Assembly: GCA_951406725.2 (NCBI GenBank)
Contig: OX597819.1
Span: forward strand, 56,482,001-56,546,000
Direction: 5' to 3'
Source of the DNA: Octopus vulgaris
Taxonomy: Eukaryota
Length of the DNA: 64,000 nucleotides
Each line of letters begins with the position of its first letter. Positions within the stretch are counted from its first letter, which is position 1. The notes below the pieces were generated by a model. That model searched no databases. It was given only the letters and a program-made list of their open reading frames with translations, and was not told where the DNA came from. A program made the position numbers and the translations under genes. This document shows, in pieces, positions 12,845-27,654 of the stretch.

Positions 12845-13599
12845 TACATTTCTTGGCGCGCTTCAGAACTAGTCTAGGAGCTTTTTGATACCATGTCGTA
12901 TCTGTGTGTCTGTGTATGTACGGGTGTGCGCGTGTGTATTTGCATATAATGAATAATGTCTGCGAGAAAATACTTTGGGGTCGGATCTACATATAATAAG
13001 TAGAGCAAGGACACACGTATGCAAGATAATCCATTGAAAATGTTAGATTAACTAAGATTATCCAATGAAATTAGAATAAAATCACTCCTCTCCTCGAGAT
13101 TCTTTATATTGACTTTGTTTTTCGTCTCACCTCTCCCCTGCAGACACAAAACCTACTCACTCCCCGCCAACAAGTAAACAAAAAGTAGACACACAGAACA
13201 GCTTTCAAGGTAAATCCAACATTTCAAATAGCAACTCAGAACAGTGACATTTTCATATGACACCGCAAATGATTGTTGTTGACACACTACGGCAGAAATT
13301 GAATTCACCTCAATAGACGTCATTGATTGGTTGAAATTGCCGAAATGCAAGAAATTAAAGAAGAAATAGCTTACAAACTACATAAATATCTCAAGAAACC
13401 CAAGAGAAAAAGATGCTTTATGTAACACATTATACCAGTATACGAAGTTTAAAAGTGTTTATTTACAAAGAAATTATTTTAAAAATCTGCCGGTCAAAGT
13501 GAAAAGATCCAGTGAGATCACTTTAATAAAGAAATATATTGACGTTGTTTATCATAGAACACTTGCCAAACATCTGTCTTCTGAAAAGTACATCCCTTA

Positions 13600-13920
13600 T
13601 TGGTAGTTAGAGCGTCGATCTTACGATCCTGAGGTTGTGAGTTCCAATACCGGACCGGGCTGCGTGTTGTGTTCTTGAGCAAGACACTTTATTTCACGTT
13701 GCACCAGTTAACTCAACTGTAGAAATGAGTTGCGACGTCACTGGTGCCAAGCTGTATCGGTCTTTGCCTTTCCCTTGGATAACACTGATGGCGTGGAGAG
13801 GAGAGGCAGTATGCACGGGCGACTGCTGGTCTTCCATAAAACAACCTTGTCCGGACTTGTGCCTGGGAGGGTAACTTTCTAGGTGCAATCCCATGGTCAC
13901 TCATGACAGAAGGGGTTTTC
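13600..13920 (+). mobile_element. tRNA-derived SINE (C-related family)
   Basis: tRNA-like head (GTTAGAGCG...GAGTTCCAATACC), then GTGTTCTTGAGCAAGACACTT; tail shared with 10115-10305. Confidence 0.8.
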
Positions 13921-14112
13921 AGAAATATACACAAACAACAACTCAATTAACCAGTCCAGTCTAATTTGCACACACTGAGAACGAAGACAAGTTAATTCAT
14001 TCATAGCTCACCGCACAATTTATTTAGAGAATTTGGAATGCAAATATGTCATTTAAAATATATAATTTATAATATATAACTTACACCTCGCTGTGAAAGG
14101 AAAACAAAACTG

Positions 14113-14262
14113 AATGTGGCCATGCTGGAGCACCGCCTTTAGTCGAGCAAATCGATCCCAGGACTTATTCTTTGTAAGCCTAGTACTTATGTTACTTTGT
14201 AAACCTAGTAAGCACACCAGCATCTGTTGTCAAGCGACGTTAGGGGGACAAACACAGACATA

Positions 14263-14309
<47 letters not shown>

Positions 14310-14455
14310 GTATATATATACATATATACGACGGGCTTCTTTTAGTTTCCGTCTACCAAATCCACTCACAAGGCTTTGGTTGGCCCGTGTCTATAGTAGA
14401 AGACACTTTCCCAAGGTGCCATGCAGTGGGACTGAACCCAGAACCACACAGCCAG
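14113..14455 (-). mobile_element. SINE family B with internal (CA)n/(TA)n
   Basis: Reverse complement of the 57413-57891 copy (CCATGCTGGAGCACCGCC...CCAAGGTGCCATGCAGTGGGACTGAACC). Confidence 0.85.
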
Positions 14456-15144
14456 GTCATTCCTAACTGAAACGGGTCGTTACCCTTTACCGTTATGGGA
14501 AGGCTACCTAAATGGTGTAGATTCATAATCCTCTACATCTCGATGATTTTGCAGTCGCGGCTCACTTCACCTTCTGTCCTATATTTGACTAATTGTGATA
14601 TAACACATCAAAGGCGGCATGTTTGCAGAATATCCAACACATTGGACACAATATCAAGCAAAATTTTTCTCTAACTTATTGCGTTCTGCGTTGAAATTGC
14701 ACTGGGGTCAAATTTACTTTTTATCTTTCCTAGGTCGACAAAATAAAGTAGTCAAAAGCTGAAGTCAATATAATCGACCGTACTCTTCTCCCATATTTGA
14801 TTTCTTGTGTTTATGTTAGAAATTTATTCTAACGTTATAAATGTGAGAGGGCTTGACAAAATCTCTGAAGTTACGCACAAAAAGTTTTGCTTCTTTACCT
14901 CCTCATTTAGAATCCTTCTAAAATCATTATTTCTCTTTATCCATCCAGAATCGATAACAGAAACTAGTTGTGAAAAACTGTAGTTCAGATAATTGGCCAT
15001 AACCCTCTCTTGAGCCCGTGTTTAAGATCAATATTCATTATGTAAAGCCAAAACATAAATTATTAAATGAATCCAAAATATAAATTGTAATGTAAATGAA
15101 AATAGATTTTTATGTTAATGCGAAATGTATTTGTTTTATATTTC

Positions 15145-15865
15145 TGTGAGAGAGACACTTAAATTCCATGTACTGTTGCTTCATAATAATCGTGATTAAT
15201 GTAATTATAAATCGTATTTTTTTTGCTTTATTCCATAGTAATGAATGGTAAACTAATGTAATTTCAACAGCAAATACTGTCCGTGTAGTGTCGTGGTTTA
15301 ATTCAATCAGGGTTGAAACTGTGTTTTACTTAATTAGGAAAATAGGGATGGGCAAATTAATTGTAAGAGTAGAGGATAGTAATGATAATGACTATACTGT
15401 TTCTTTATTTCATTCCAAACGAGAGAAAGGGATGAGGCAGAGAGAGAGAGAGAGAGAGAGAGAGGTCGAAAAAAGAAATGAGAGAGGGTGGGGGAGAGAA
15501 ATAAATTGGTAAATGTTTGTTACGCCATAGCCTTTGACTGTGATTTGGTTTTGAAGATAATTTAAATTCTAGTTAAGCATTTAAATTTGCATTAAATTAT
15601 GATATAAATATCAAAGAAATTATTTAGCAAATTCATAGCAATTTATTATGTAAATATTTCTCCAGGGTAGTTCATGCAAGCTAGCGTGATTTCGTATGAA
15701 TCGGATTTGAATTTTTGCTCTTCGCTTTATACTGAAAATTTATACTGATAGTGGGGAGAGAAAATCATTTTTTACAAATGCTTCCCAATTTAGACACGCA
15801 GCTACTAATTTTTAAGGAATGCATAATCACTACTGAGAATTGCAATACTAGACTGGTACGTTATT
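15145..15865 (+). repeat. Local direct duplication, copy 2
   Basis: See 10380-11175. Confidence 0.9.
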
Positions 15866-15944
15866 TCATCGACCGCAGAGGAATGGAAGGTAAAGTTGAC
15901 ATCGGTGACATTTGAACGTAGAATGTAATGAGAAGGAAGGAATA

Positions 15945-16201
15945 AAAGTAAATGCGCCCTTTTTAAAGCCTAGCCAGGCTCATGGGCCCGGTTTCCCGGT
16001 TTCTACGGTGTATGTGTTCCTCAGCTGGACGGGACGCCAGTCCATCGCAGCGTTACTCATTTTTGCCAGCTGGGTGGGCTGGAGAAACGTGAAATGAAGT
16101 GTTTTGCTCAAGAACACAACGCGTCGCCCGGTCCAGGAATCGAAACCACAATCCTACGATCATGGTTCTGACACCCTAACCACTAAGCCACGCGCCTCCA
16201 C
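15945..16201 (-). mobile_element. tRNA-derived SINE (C-related head)
   Basis: Minus strand GTGGAGGCGCGTGGCTTAGTGGTTAGG...GGTTTCGATTCC...CTGCGATGGACTGGCGTCCCGTCCAG. GAAGGAAG(G/A)AATA lies on both flanks as a probable TSD. Confidence 0.85.
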
Positions 16202-16289
16202 GAAGGAAGAAATACTGCACGTCATCTCTTCCGACGCTTCAACGATTTTGCCGATTGTGCTACACTTTCCGTTTATTAAATGGTTTCAG

Positions 16290-16930
16290 ATTTAGACACA
16301 AGACCGGCAGTTTTGGGAGAATTGGATCAGTGTATAACATAACTCCAATTGCTTGAGTGATGCTTTCAGCTATGGACTTCAAAAGTATGAAAGATAAAGT
16401 TGAATAGACGAGATTTGAACTCAGAACGTAAAAAGACGAATGAATTGCCGCATTGAATTTCTTCCAGCTGTCCTGATTTATCATTTTTCGTAAATGGTTT
16501 CGTGTTTTGGCACATAAACAGTTTTGAGGAAGGGCAGTCGATTACATTGGTCGCAGTGTTCAACTGGTATTTACTTTTATCAAAATCCGAAAGGGTGAAT
16601 GTCAAAGTCAGCCTCAATGGAATTTGAGTACAGAAGGAAATGTGCCGCCGGAAGAAACGCATTTTGTCCGACGAGCTAACCATTCTACCAGCTTACCGCT
16701 TAATAGTTTTATAGTTACGAATATTGATTTCAAATTTTGGCACAAGGTCAGCGATATCGGTGAAGGGAGATAGGCGATTACATCACCCTAGTTTACAACT
16801 GGTACTTATTTTGTCGGATTTAAGGCAAAGTCGACCTCGGTGGAATTTGAACACAGAAGCTATTAGAGGGATGAAATGCCGCTAAGCATTTTTTCCGGTG
16901 TGCTAACGATTCTGCTAGCTCACTGCCTAA
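16290..16930 (-). mobile_element. Three diverged tandem SINE family A copies
   Basis: Repeated AAAGT(C/T)..CC..GGAATTTGA..CAGAA and GCTAAC.ATTCT.C.AGCT motifs. Confidence 0.7.
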
Positions 16931-18141
16931 TAGCTTTTAGAAATAACGATCGAGAATATTAAATTTAACTTGATTTAAGCATTCACTTTATGCGTTGTAT
17001 TCAATGCTAAATATTTATTCAACCCCACAAAATAAGAGATAAAAAAAAACTATGGAATAATCCACTGAATGGAATGGAGAACCATAGAGAACATGATACG
17101 ACTTGATATTTTAAATGATATAGCTTAATACGATATTAATGAATATCTATGCAAATCAAAAATATTAAATTGTTATGGAATAGAGAATGACAAAAAATAT
17201 TTTGTTAATCCAAAATATTAATTATTTTGTGTGCAAAGTTAGCATGTGTTGTTTTCTACTATAATATCATTATCCCAACATAAAAGTTGCCATAAAGCGA
17301 GATTTCCCCAGCGAGAAATGCAGTTTTAATATAGAAACACGATAAAAGCTAAGGATTGGCAGAGTCGATGAAGTAGCAGAGAAGGTCCAATTGCCAATTG
17401 CATTATAATTAGTTTACAAAAATGTTGGTTAGCTGAGCGTGTTGGACACAATACTTAGCAGCATAACTTCCGACTCATTACGGTCTGAGTTCAAATTCCA
17501 TAGAGGTCGGCTTTGCCTTTCTTCCTCTACAAGGTAAATGGGTACAATAAACCATTAATGGTCAACGGCACCGTCACTCTGTGTACAACCGTAGATTAAA
17601 AATGGAGCTAGCCGAAACTTATGTTTTAATTTTCGCACGTTGAGCGCATAAAATCATTGTTATATGTTATATGTACATAGTGTGCATATGTGCGTAGCTA
17701 TATATATATATATATATTTATATATTATATATATATTTATATATATATAACATAACTATGGCACCAGTTTCTATAGAAATAGGAATCAAAGGAACCACTA
17801 GAAATAGGAATCAAAGGAACATAGAGCTCACTTAAAAACAAACATAGTGAATGACGGGCGGCCAATAAAGATTATGGGACTTACCTCCTCGAAAATCGCA
17901 AAAGGAATGGTAGATAACTTAGAATCGATTTCTGGATTTGCGCCAAGGGGCGCTTCTCTCTCGTCGGTCAAGCCTATTGCAAACAAACCCAAAATTTAAA
18001 CGATATTCACCTCATCATACTTGCTTGATCGTGCGAAGGCTCAAACCCCATTCCGAAAGGAACTACGTGAATAGTTTATGTAGAAATATTACTGGTAACG
18101 TCAGTTGCGATCGAACGCATGACCCGTACAGGCAGTTTAGT

Positions 18142-18186
<45 letters not shown>

Positions 18187-18289
18187 TATTCGATCTCCAG
18201 CTTTCCCCATACTTGTTTTAAATGAGGTCTATGTGCTTTAGGGGTTCACGTGACTCATATTTCTAGCGAAGCTGGTGCTTTACAGCATC

Positions 18290-18294
18290 ATAAG

Positions 18295-18348
<54 letters not shown>

Positions 18349-18418
18349 TGCATTTATTCCACGTCCTCGCGTTGTTGTCTGTTCTTGCTTGTTAATGTTT
18401 GGATTGACTATATATCTG

Positions 18419-18480
<62 letters not shown>

Positions 18481-18488
18481 CTTATATC

Positions 18489-18525
<37 letters not shown>

Positions 18526-18568
18526 TACAAAACTTGCTTGCATGGTTCATGTTTTCGAGTAGTTACTA

Positions 18569-18610
<42 letters not shown>
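18290..18610. repeat. (TA)n, (CTAT)n and (CA)n microsatellites
   Basis: Direct reading. Confidence 0.95.
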
Positions 18611-19357
18611 CATACATACTGTGTCTGGGGAGAGTCATATTGTCTTAATGTTCCAATACACGAGTTCACATAAAGTCTTGCAAACCAGATACAAAACCGA
18701 AGTTTATATATATATACACCTAGATATACTCACGCATGCACACGAGCACAGGCATATAATCAGTTAATCAAACGGCGTGGTATTAACAACACCCTTGATA
18801 ATGTAACCGTAGGGAAATTCTGTTTGAGATATTTTATGCCCAGAGAAATGTACGCAATTATAAAGATTATATACACAGACTGTAAAAATGTAGCAATTGT
18901 TCTGCTAGCTGTAAATGAGAATAATGTCAGCCATGTTCTGTTTTGAACATACCTATATTGCTTGCTGAATCAATAGGGTATCGCATTATTGATCAAATAT
19001 TCTAAAATTAGTAAGGTCAGAAGGAACTATCATGATTTTATGGAAACTATTATAAATATTTTGAAGGTGGTGCAATTTAGAAATGTAGGAGATGTGACGT
19101 AAGGGTCCATTACCAATAGTTGTATGGGAGATAAATATTTCACTATCTTTCATTTCTTCGACAAGTTTAAGTGAAATCACCGCCATTATTAAACATTGCG
19201 TTTTATATATTTCTTCATCTACTTTACCTTGTGCAATAATGCTTGCCTAGTTAAGAAGATCTCGAGTTCGAAAAGTTACGAGCTAACATCTTCTGGCATT
19301 GATGTGTCTTAAAGATTTGTTACACGAAAATTGTGCAGACAAAATAATTGTCCCTTC

Positions 19358-20580
<1,223 letters not shown>

Positions 20581-20581
20581 A

Positions 20582-21078
20582 ATAATATCACATGTAACTG
20601 TAGACGTAAAGCTGAATGCAGGTTTAATAACTGCATGATAAAGAATGTAGCTTACAAATGTGAGAAGTCAGGTTCGCAGAAATACGTGTTCATTTGTACC
20701 ACCGGAGGCGCCATGAAAAATCGTCTGCGTAACTATCTTGCATATTTTTCCAAAATAAACAAAAGGCATTCCCCATCACTATGGAACCTAGTCTGGAGGT
20801 TCAATGAGAATGGAGTGGAGCATACGATTCACTGGTCTATTATAAAACATGCTGCACTATACAACCGAACATCACGGGTAAGCAACTTATGTCTAGAAGA
20901 GACTCTGGAAATCATCACAGCCAGGGAAAACGTAATAAATACACACACCGAGGTTATTATATCATGTAAGCATGAGAGCAAAAGATCGTTTCTGGAATTT
21001 GAAAAATACATTTTGAAACGGAATAACATCAAACACCCTTACCGTATTAAAGTCCAAGGAAAGAATACAAACAAATAA
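20582..21078 (+). pseudogene. Penelope-like element GIY-YIG endonuclease C-terminus
   Basis: CNCRRKAEC..CMIKNVAYKC..YVFICTT..MKNRLRNY..F..SLWNLVW..IHWSII..NLCLEETLEII..INTHTEVIISCKH is the degenerate Zn-linker plus GIY-YIG pattern of Penelope-like elements. Confidence 0.88.
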
Positions 21079-21491
21079 ACAAACAAATCAACCAATGTTT
21101 AGGACGTCATACAGTATTCCATGGTACTACCAGAATCAATTAAAAGGTCACCCTAAAAAAGTATCATTTCACAGTGCAGACAATGAACTTCAACAGCTGA
21201 TGCCTGTAATAGCTGTAACGGCTGACTTGTTTATTTTAGACTTCATTGAAGATAGTCATACCTTAGATGAGATCGTACAAAGGAATATACTACCCATTCT
21301 TGACATCTGCAGACTGAATAGCAAAATAAGTCCAATATCACCACACACGGCTCCATCCCCATATAACTACCAATCCTTCCTCTCTTTCCATCACCTTCCC
21401 CTCCTCCCCACCAAATACACACATAAATGCCCGCATAATTCAATCTTAGCACTGGTCAAACGAGGTAAAACAACACTGTGTTAAACAGCCA

Positions 21492-21638
21492 TTAATGCTA
21501 TATCGCCTGAAGAAATGAATCTATGTAGATGATCAAACCGATGCGGATACTACAGACGACACTACAAGCATCCCAGGAATACGGACTGTGATCATAAAAC
21601 ACCTGTAACTTGTGGAAACGTGCGTAGCGATGCATTAA
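21492..21638 (+). ncRNA. Hammerhead motif in PLE 3' pLTR with about 100-nt stem II region
   Basis: ATCGC(21502-06), CTGAAGA(21507-13), GAAA(21615-18), CGTGCG, TA, GCGAT(21627-31). Distal stem I is TTAATGC/GCATTAA. It lies downstream of the GIY-YIG ORF and upstream of a (TA)n tract. Confidence 0.65.
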
Positions 21639-21714
21639 ATGTTTATAAATTCTATGAAAGGATTATTGTTATTATTACTATATATATATATATAATGTGT
21701 GTGTGTGTGTGTGT

Positions 21715-21900
21715 GTGTCCTATCCCACCGCTTAACATCGGTGTTGTTGTGTTTAAATCAACGAACTTAGTGGTTCGGCAAAAGCGAAATTAGAAAGGGT
21801 ACTAGGCTTAAAAACCGTAATGGGGTCCTTTCGGTCGACTAAAGATTGCTCGAGGCGGTGCCCCGCAATGACCGCAGTCTACTGACTGAAACAATGAAAG
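21715..21900 (+). mobile_element. SINE family B, 3' half
   Basis: TTAGTGGTTCGGCAAAAG...GGCGGTGCCCC..ATGACCGCAGTC..TGACTGAAAC. Confidence 0.75.
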
Positions 21901-22385
21901 TGGAACTTGCTTCCTTGGGGTTTGGAAGGAGTGTGATTTGAGGGTGGTTATTTGAGATGTTCTTTGTCATTTCGAATCTAAACGTGTGTGTATATTTGTG
22001 TATGTATGTGTGTGCGTTGTAAGTTTTGAATCAAAGAAAAAGAAAGGAAGAGTGGATAGAATAGAGAAAGTATTAAAGAAAGAGAAGGAACGAAAGTGGG
22101 ATGGTTGGATTGTTGACAGAAAACCATTGCAGGAAATACCTATTTCTTTCTTTCTTGCTTTTCCCTTTGTTTAAAAATCACAACACATACATACAAACAT
22201 ACACACGTATGCACGCACACACACACAAACATACACGTACACACAAACACATATGTGTACATATATATATATATCACCGTGATCACTGTGAGCGACCAGG
22301 CTATCAGATGTTGCTACACATCGCTGGTCACAATGCTTCGAATTACTATATCACCTGAAGAAATGAATGTATAAAGCAAGCAGGC

Positions 22386-22452
<67 letters not shown>

Positions 22453-22479
22453 GGTATGAATTTTCTATAGAAAAGAATC

Positions 22480-22519
22480 ATTCATGATGAATCTCCAGAA
22501 GGGCCGAAAGCGCTAAATA
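22480..22519 (+). ncRNA. Degenerate minimal hammerhead-like motif
   Basis: ATT-CATGATGA-ATCTCCAGAAGGGCC-GAAA-GCGC-TA-AAT. Stem III is the palindrome AGCGCT; the core and stem II are imperfect. It sits next to a (TA)n tract. Confidence 0.4.
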
Positions 22520-22619
22520 AATATCTAAATCCTGACTACATCCTCTTTCTTAATATATAAACGCATGGCCACAGCTCGTGAGTTGAAACTAGATAAAATA
22601 AAAAACATAAAATAATTTC

Positions 22620-23020
22620 ATATTCTTTTCTATACTAGGAAGAATGCCCAAAATTTTGAGGGAGTGGGGAGCCAGTCAATTAGATCGACCCCAGTATGCA
22701 ACTGCCACTTAATTTATCGACCCCGAAAGGATGAAAGGCAAAGTTGATCTCAGCGGAATTTGAACTCAAAACGTAAACGGACGAAATACCTATTTCTTTG
22801 TTACCCACAAGGGGCTAAACGCAGAGAGGACAAACAAGGACAGGCAAACGGATTGAGTCGATTATATCGACCCCAGTGCATAACAGGTAATTAGTTAATC
22901 GACCCCGAAAAGATGAAAGGCAAAGTCGACCTCGGCAGAATTTGAACTCAGAACGTAGAGGCAAACGAAATAATGCTAAGCATTTCGCCAGGCGGGCTAA
23001 CGATTCTGCCAGCTCGCCAC
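22620..23020 (-). mobile_element. SINE family A tandem dimer
   Basis: Same organisation as 2233-2572 and 58632-59041. Confidence 0.88.
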
Positions 23021-23194
23021 TTTAATATGTATTCTATATTGAGTTACAGGAAGACTTTCCTCAGTTTCTCGGTCAGTGAATCTGTGAGTTTTCACACTCG
23101 CCCATTCTATCGCTCTGCAACATGCGGTATAACATAAGAAAATGATGACAAATATTAACTTGAATTAAAACACACAAGTATATACCTATATAGT

Positions 23195-23440
23195 GTGGAG
23201 GCACATGGCCTTGTGGTTAGAGCAGCGGACTCGCGGTCGAGAGATCGCGTGTTCGAATCTCAGACCGGGCGATGTATGTGTTTATGAGCAAAGCACCACG
23301 CGACTCTTTCGCTACAAATTTCTCTCACTCTATCCTCCTGCATCTTGCTTCCCGTCCAGGTGGGAAACATATACGCCAAGGAAACCGAGAAACCGGCCCT
23401 TATGAGCCAGACATGGCTCGAGAAGGAACAAACAAACAGG
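23195..23440 (+). mobile_element. SINE family C
   Basis: GTGGAGGCACATGGCCTTGTGGTTAGAGCAGCGG...GTTCGAATCTC; similar copy at 26717-26985. Confidence 0.85.
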
Positions 23441-23628
23441 CATACCTATATACCCGAACCACACTGCGCGACAGCCAGGTTTGGTTTGCTTACGTCCTCT
23501 TAAATACCAGATTTTAAATATATCAGTGTTAGTGTCCATTTGTTCCACTAAAACTTTCAAGGGCGATGCCCCAGCATGGCCGCAGTCCAGTGACTAAAGC
23601 AAGTAAACATGAAAAAATATCTAATATG

Positions 23629-24119
<491 letters not shown>

Positions 24120-24286
24120 GTGTCTGTATGAGTCAGTTGAAAAGAATTCTTGTGTTGAATAAGCGTTCATGAGTTTTGGAAAGAGGGCGTTTTCGGAGTG
24201 GCTATTTTTTGAGATGGTCTAAAGTATACTGAGTAGGCTTATGTCCAGTGAATCTACTTGTAGAATATTATGGTCAGTTAATTCAC

Positions 24287-24328
<42 letters not shown>

Positions 24329-24741
24329 TAGAAAAAGCTATTTAGAATTCACAATAAATTATAAGTACAAAACCTTCGTAACATTTACAATGTGTCACTG
24401 GGAATATATCTATCTGTACGTAATGCCGTATGTTAGTATTTTCATTTGCCTTCGGTCCTTCTATAGTAACGAATGTACCAATTGTATTCTAAAATCGAAT
24501 GAATGGTTAAGACTGGGTGGTTAGGTACGGTACGATGTAGTATACCACTGTGGTTACAATTTTTAAAAAACAACAAACACCAAGCGGGTTTGGCTTCGAG
24601 CCCAACACCTCACACCTTGGGGAAGCGGTTTTTCTTTCTTCTATAGCGTATTGTTGAACTTGTCGGAATTTGATTAACGAAATGCGTGAAAATAGTCTGT
24701 TAGTGTGGCGCGTAGAATATATTCATAAATTAGCCCACGCG

Positions 24742-24778
<37 letters not shown>

Positions 24779-24789
24779 AAACACATACT

Positions 24790-25185
24790 ATTTTACTCTT
24801 TTACTCTTTTCCTTGTTTCAGTCATTTGCTGGAGCACCGGCTTTAGTCGAGCAAATCGACCCCGGGACTTATACTTTGTAAGCCTAGTACTTATTCTATC
24901 GGTCTCTTTTGCCGAACTGCTAAGTTACGGGGACGTAAACACACCAGCATCGATTGTCAAGCGATGTTGGGGGACAAACACAGACACACAAGTACATACA
25001 CACACACACACATATATATACATATACATATATACGACGGGTTACTTTCAGCTTTCGTCTACCAAATCCACTGACAAGGCTTTGGTCGGCCCGAGGCTAT
25101 AGTAGAAGACACTTGCCCAAGGTGCCATGCAGTGGCACTGAACTCGGAACCATGTGGTTGGTAAGCAAGCGACTTACCACACAGC
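24790..25185 (-). mobile_element. SINE family B, near full length
   Basis: Matches the reverse complement of 57413-57891. An older diverged copy follows at about 25205-25595. Confidence 0.9.
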
Positions 25186-25635
25186 GACCCATCTGTTTAT
25201 TTGTTTTATTCATTGGACTGCGGCCATGCTGGGGCACAGCTTCTGGAGGTTTTAGTCGAACAGATGGACACCGGCACTGATCTTTTAAAGTCTGGTATTT
25301 AAGGGGACGTAATCAAACCAAAACTGGGTGCCGAGTAGTGTGGTTCGGGACAAACACAACAGAATCATGAAGACGCAAGCATGGACACACACACAACACA
25401 CAAATACACATGCGTGCGCACACAAGTACACACATACGACGCAAGGATGGGCTTCCTCAACGTTTCTCTCTACTAAATTCAATGTCAACAGATTGGGCGG
25501 GACGACAGACTCAAGACACATCTAAGGTGTGATGCAGTTGAACTGAATTCGGAAATACATAGTTGCAAAGGCGAGCTTCTCCAGCACTCAATCATGCTTG
25601 GATACTATATATGTGTGTGCGTGCGTGCGTGTGTA

Positions 25636-25674
<39 letters not shown>

Positions 25675-26155
25675 AAGAGAGAGAATATGTATGTATGTGT
25701 GTGTGTGAATGTGTTTGTGTTTGTGTTTATGTGTGTGTGTGTGTGCGTATGCGTACTTGTGTGTGCGTATATGTGTGTGTGCGTGTGTGTGTGTCTTAGT
25801 GTAGTGCGGCTGTTTTCATGTTTACACTAATCCAAAATGTTTACACTAAACGCATCATGAAGAGACACTGTTTTATGCTTTGTTTGTTTATGTCTCGTAA
25901 CCAGGAAATTCCAAGAGTGAAAACTCGATGAAATAAGATACCAAACTGCTTGTCAATATGATCGACCCAAAATTCGAAGTTGGTTGTTGGTGCACCAGCT
26001 TGGCCGTGGTACAGTAAAATATATCAGTGAAAGAAACACCTCAGATTTTTTTTAAAAGGTGGAAAAGTGACAAACAGGTAATTTTTAATGACTTTATAAG
26101 AAATCCAATAACTCTTCAATATCCATGATTGATGCTTGCTGAATTAACCACTTAC

Positions 26156-26280
26156 TGCATTTGATGTAAATATTACACCGAAATCTATGTTCTAGGATAG
26201 AAAACGGACATTGCATCTTCACCCTCCGCTCATTAGCCATGAATTCCATTGAATTCTGTTCAGCGACTCTCGATTCTTTG
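26156..26280 (-). CDS. Candidate internal exon
   Basis: Acceptor TTTTTTATTTTCCAG and donor GTAAGT bracket 125 nt with a single open frame: KESRVAEQNSMEFMANERRVKMQCPFSILEHRFRCNIYIKC. Confidence 0.3.
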
Positions 26281-26584
26281 CTGGAAAATAAAAAATCTTA
26301 ACAAGCCACTGCCATTTTTTTTTTCATGGTGATTGTAGTGCTATGTTCACGCTGGTCAATCATGATTTGGGTGGAGTACGCCATCAAAGTGACAGTTAGC
26401 ACTGATCATGAATACCTGAATAAATTTGAATTTAAAACACAAAAAAGATTCAGAATATACATCACAAATCATCTCAGCTTACTCTGTTAAAACTCCATCA
26501 TTCCATTCTATCGGGATAGGCACGTTATTTATCGAACCCGAAAAACGAAAGACGAAGGCGAAGTTCAGCCTGATTAATTTGTGT

Positions 26585-26672
<88 letters not shown>

Positions 26673-26716
26673 CGTAAGGAGTAGACAACCACCATAAACA
26701 TATATATATATACATT

Positions 26717-26985
26717 GTGGAGGTACTTAGCCTAGTGGTTAGAGCAGCGGGGTCAATGTCAAGGGATCGTAGGTTCGAATCTCTTACCAGGTGATGTGTA
26801 TGTTTATGACAGAAACACCTAAGCTCCACGCGGCTCCGGCTGAAGTTGGTGGCGAACCTCTGCTGACTTCTTCGCCACAACTTTCTCTCACTATTTCCTC
26901 CTGCATTAACGGACCGGTGACCCGTCAAATATGGCAATGAAACCGGGAAACCGGCCCTTATGAGCCAGGCATGGCTCCAAAAGTA
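26717..26985 (+). mobile_element. SINE family C
   Basis: TAGCCTAGTGGTTAGAGCAGCGG...GGTTCGAATC; tail AACCGGCCCTTATGAGCCAG shared with 23390-23410. Confidence 0.85.
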
Positions 26986-27654
26986 ACAGACACACATATA
27001 CACATATATGTGTATAATCCGTTACAATGCCTTACGGTTTGACCTTACTAACTTAACACATTCTTAACAGTTTAACAAATATCTATTCATACACTTTACT
27101 GTATCAGCTACTACATTCAATATCACTAAGCTGCTACTTATATCAATAATAAACACACATATATGAAATATAATGTAGAAGGTACAATATTGAAATATAC
27201 TGTGCATTATATCAACTAATACACACATTGAAAACTCTGTTCATACTTTATTTCCAGTTAGCCGTTATAAGCATTATATTCGCTCTTACCCATCCTCAAC
27301 TTATCTATTCCCAAATCAATATCACCTGTTTCTCCTTAATATATCGACTAATTGAACTGATACATAATATAATATATGCAGCGAACTATATAAATTAACT
27401 TCTGTGGTGTATATGAAGAAATATAAATACGCATTAGTAAACATTGAACTCGTTGCTTACTGGATCAATTTATTTGTCCTCTGTTGCCTCAACTAATAAT
27501 AATAATTACGCCTCTAGGAAGTTTCCAGTTTTGGAGAATGATTCGTTAATGAAATTTATATTTAGTCATCCCACAAATAATGCGGTTTTTTCAATTGCAT
27601 GAACTAAAAGTCGGAGGGGATAAACTATCGGAATCAATTAGTTATAGAAACAGG

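Noticed and set aside
17773-17820. Tandem TAGAAATAGGAATCAAAGGAAC duplication
   Set aside because: Simple two-copy slippage with no further structure.
18780-19186. Unique-looking minus-strand reading frames
   Set aside because: Interrupted by stops, with no motif or convincing splice-site pair.
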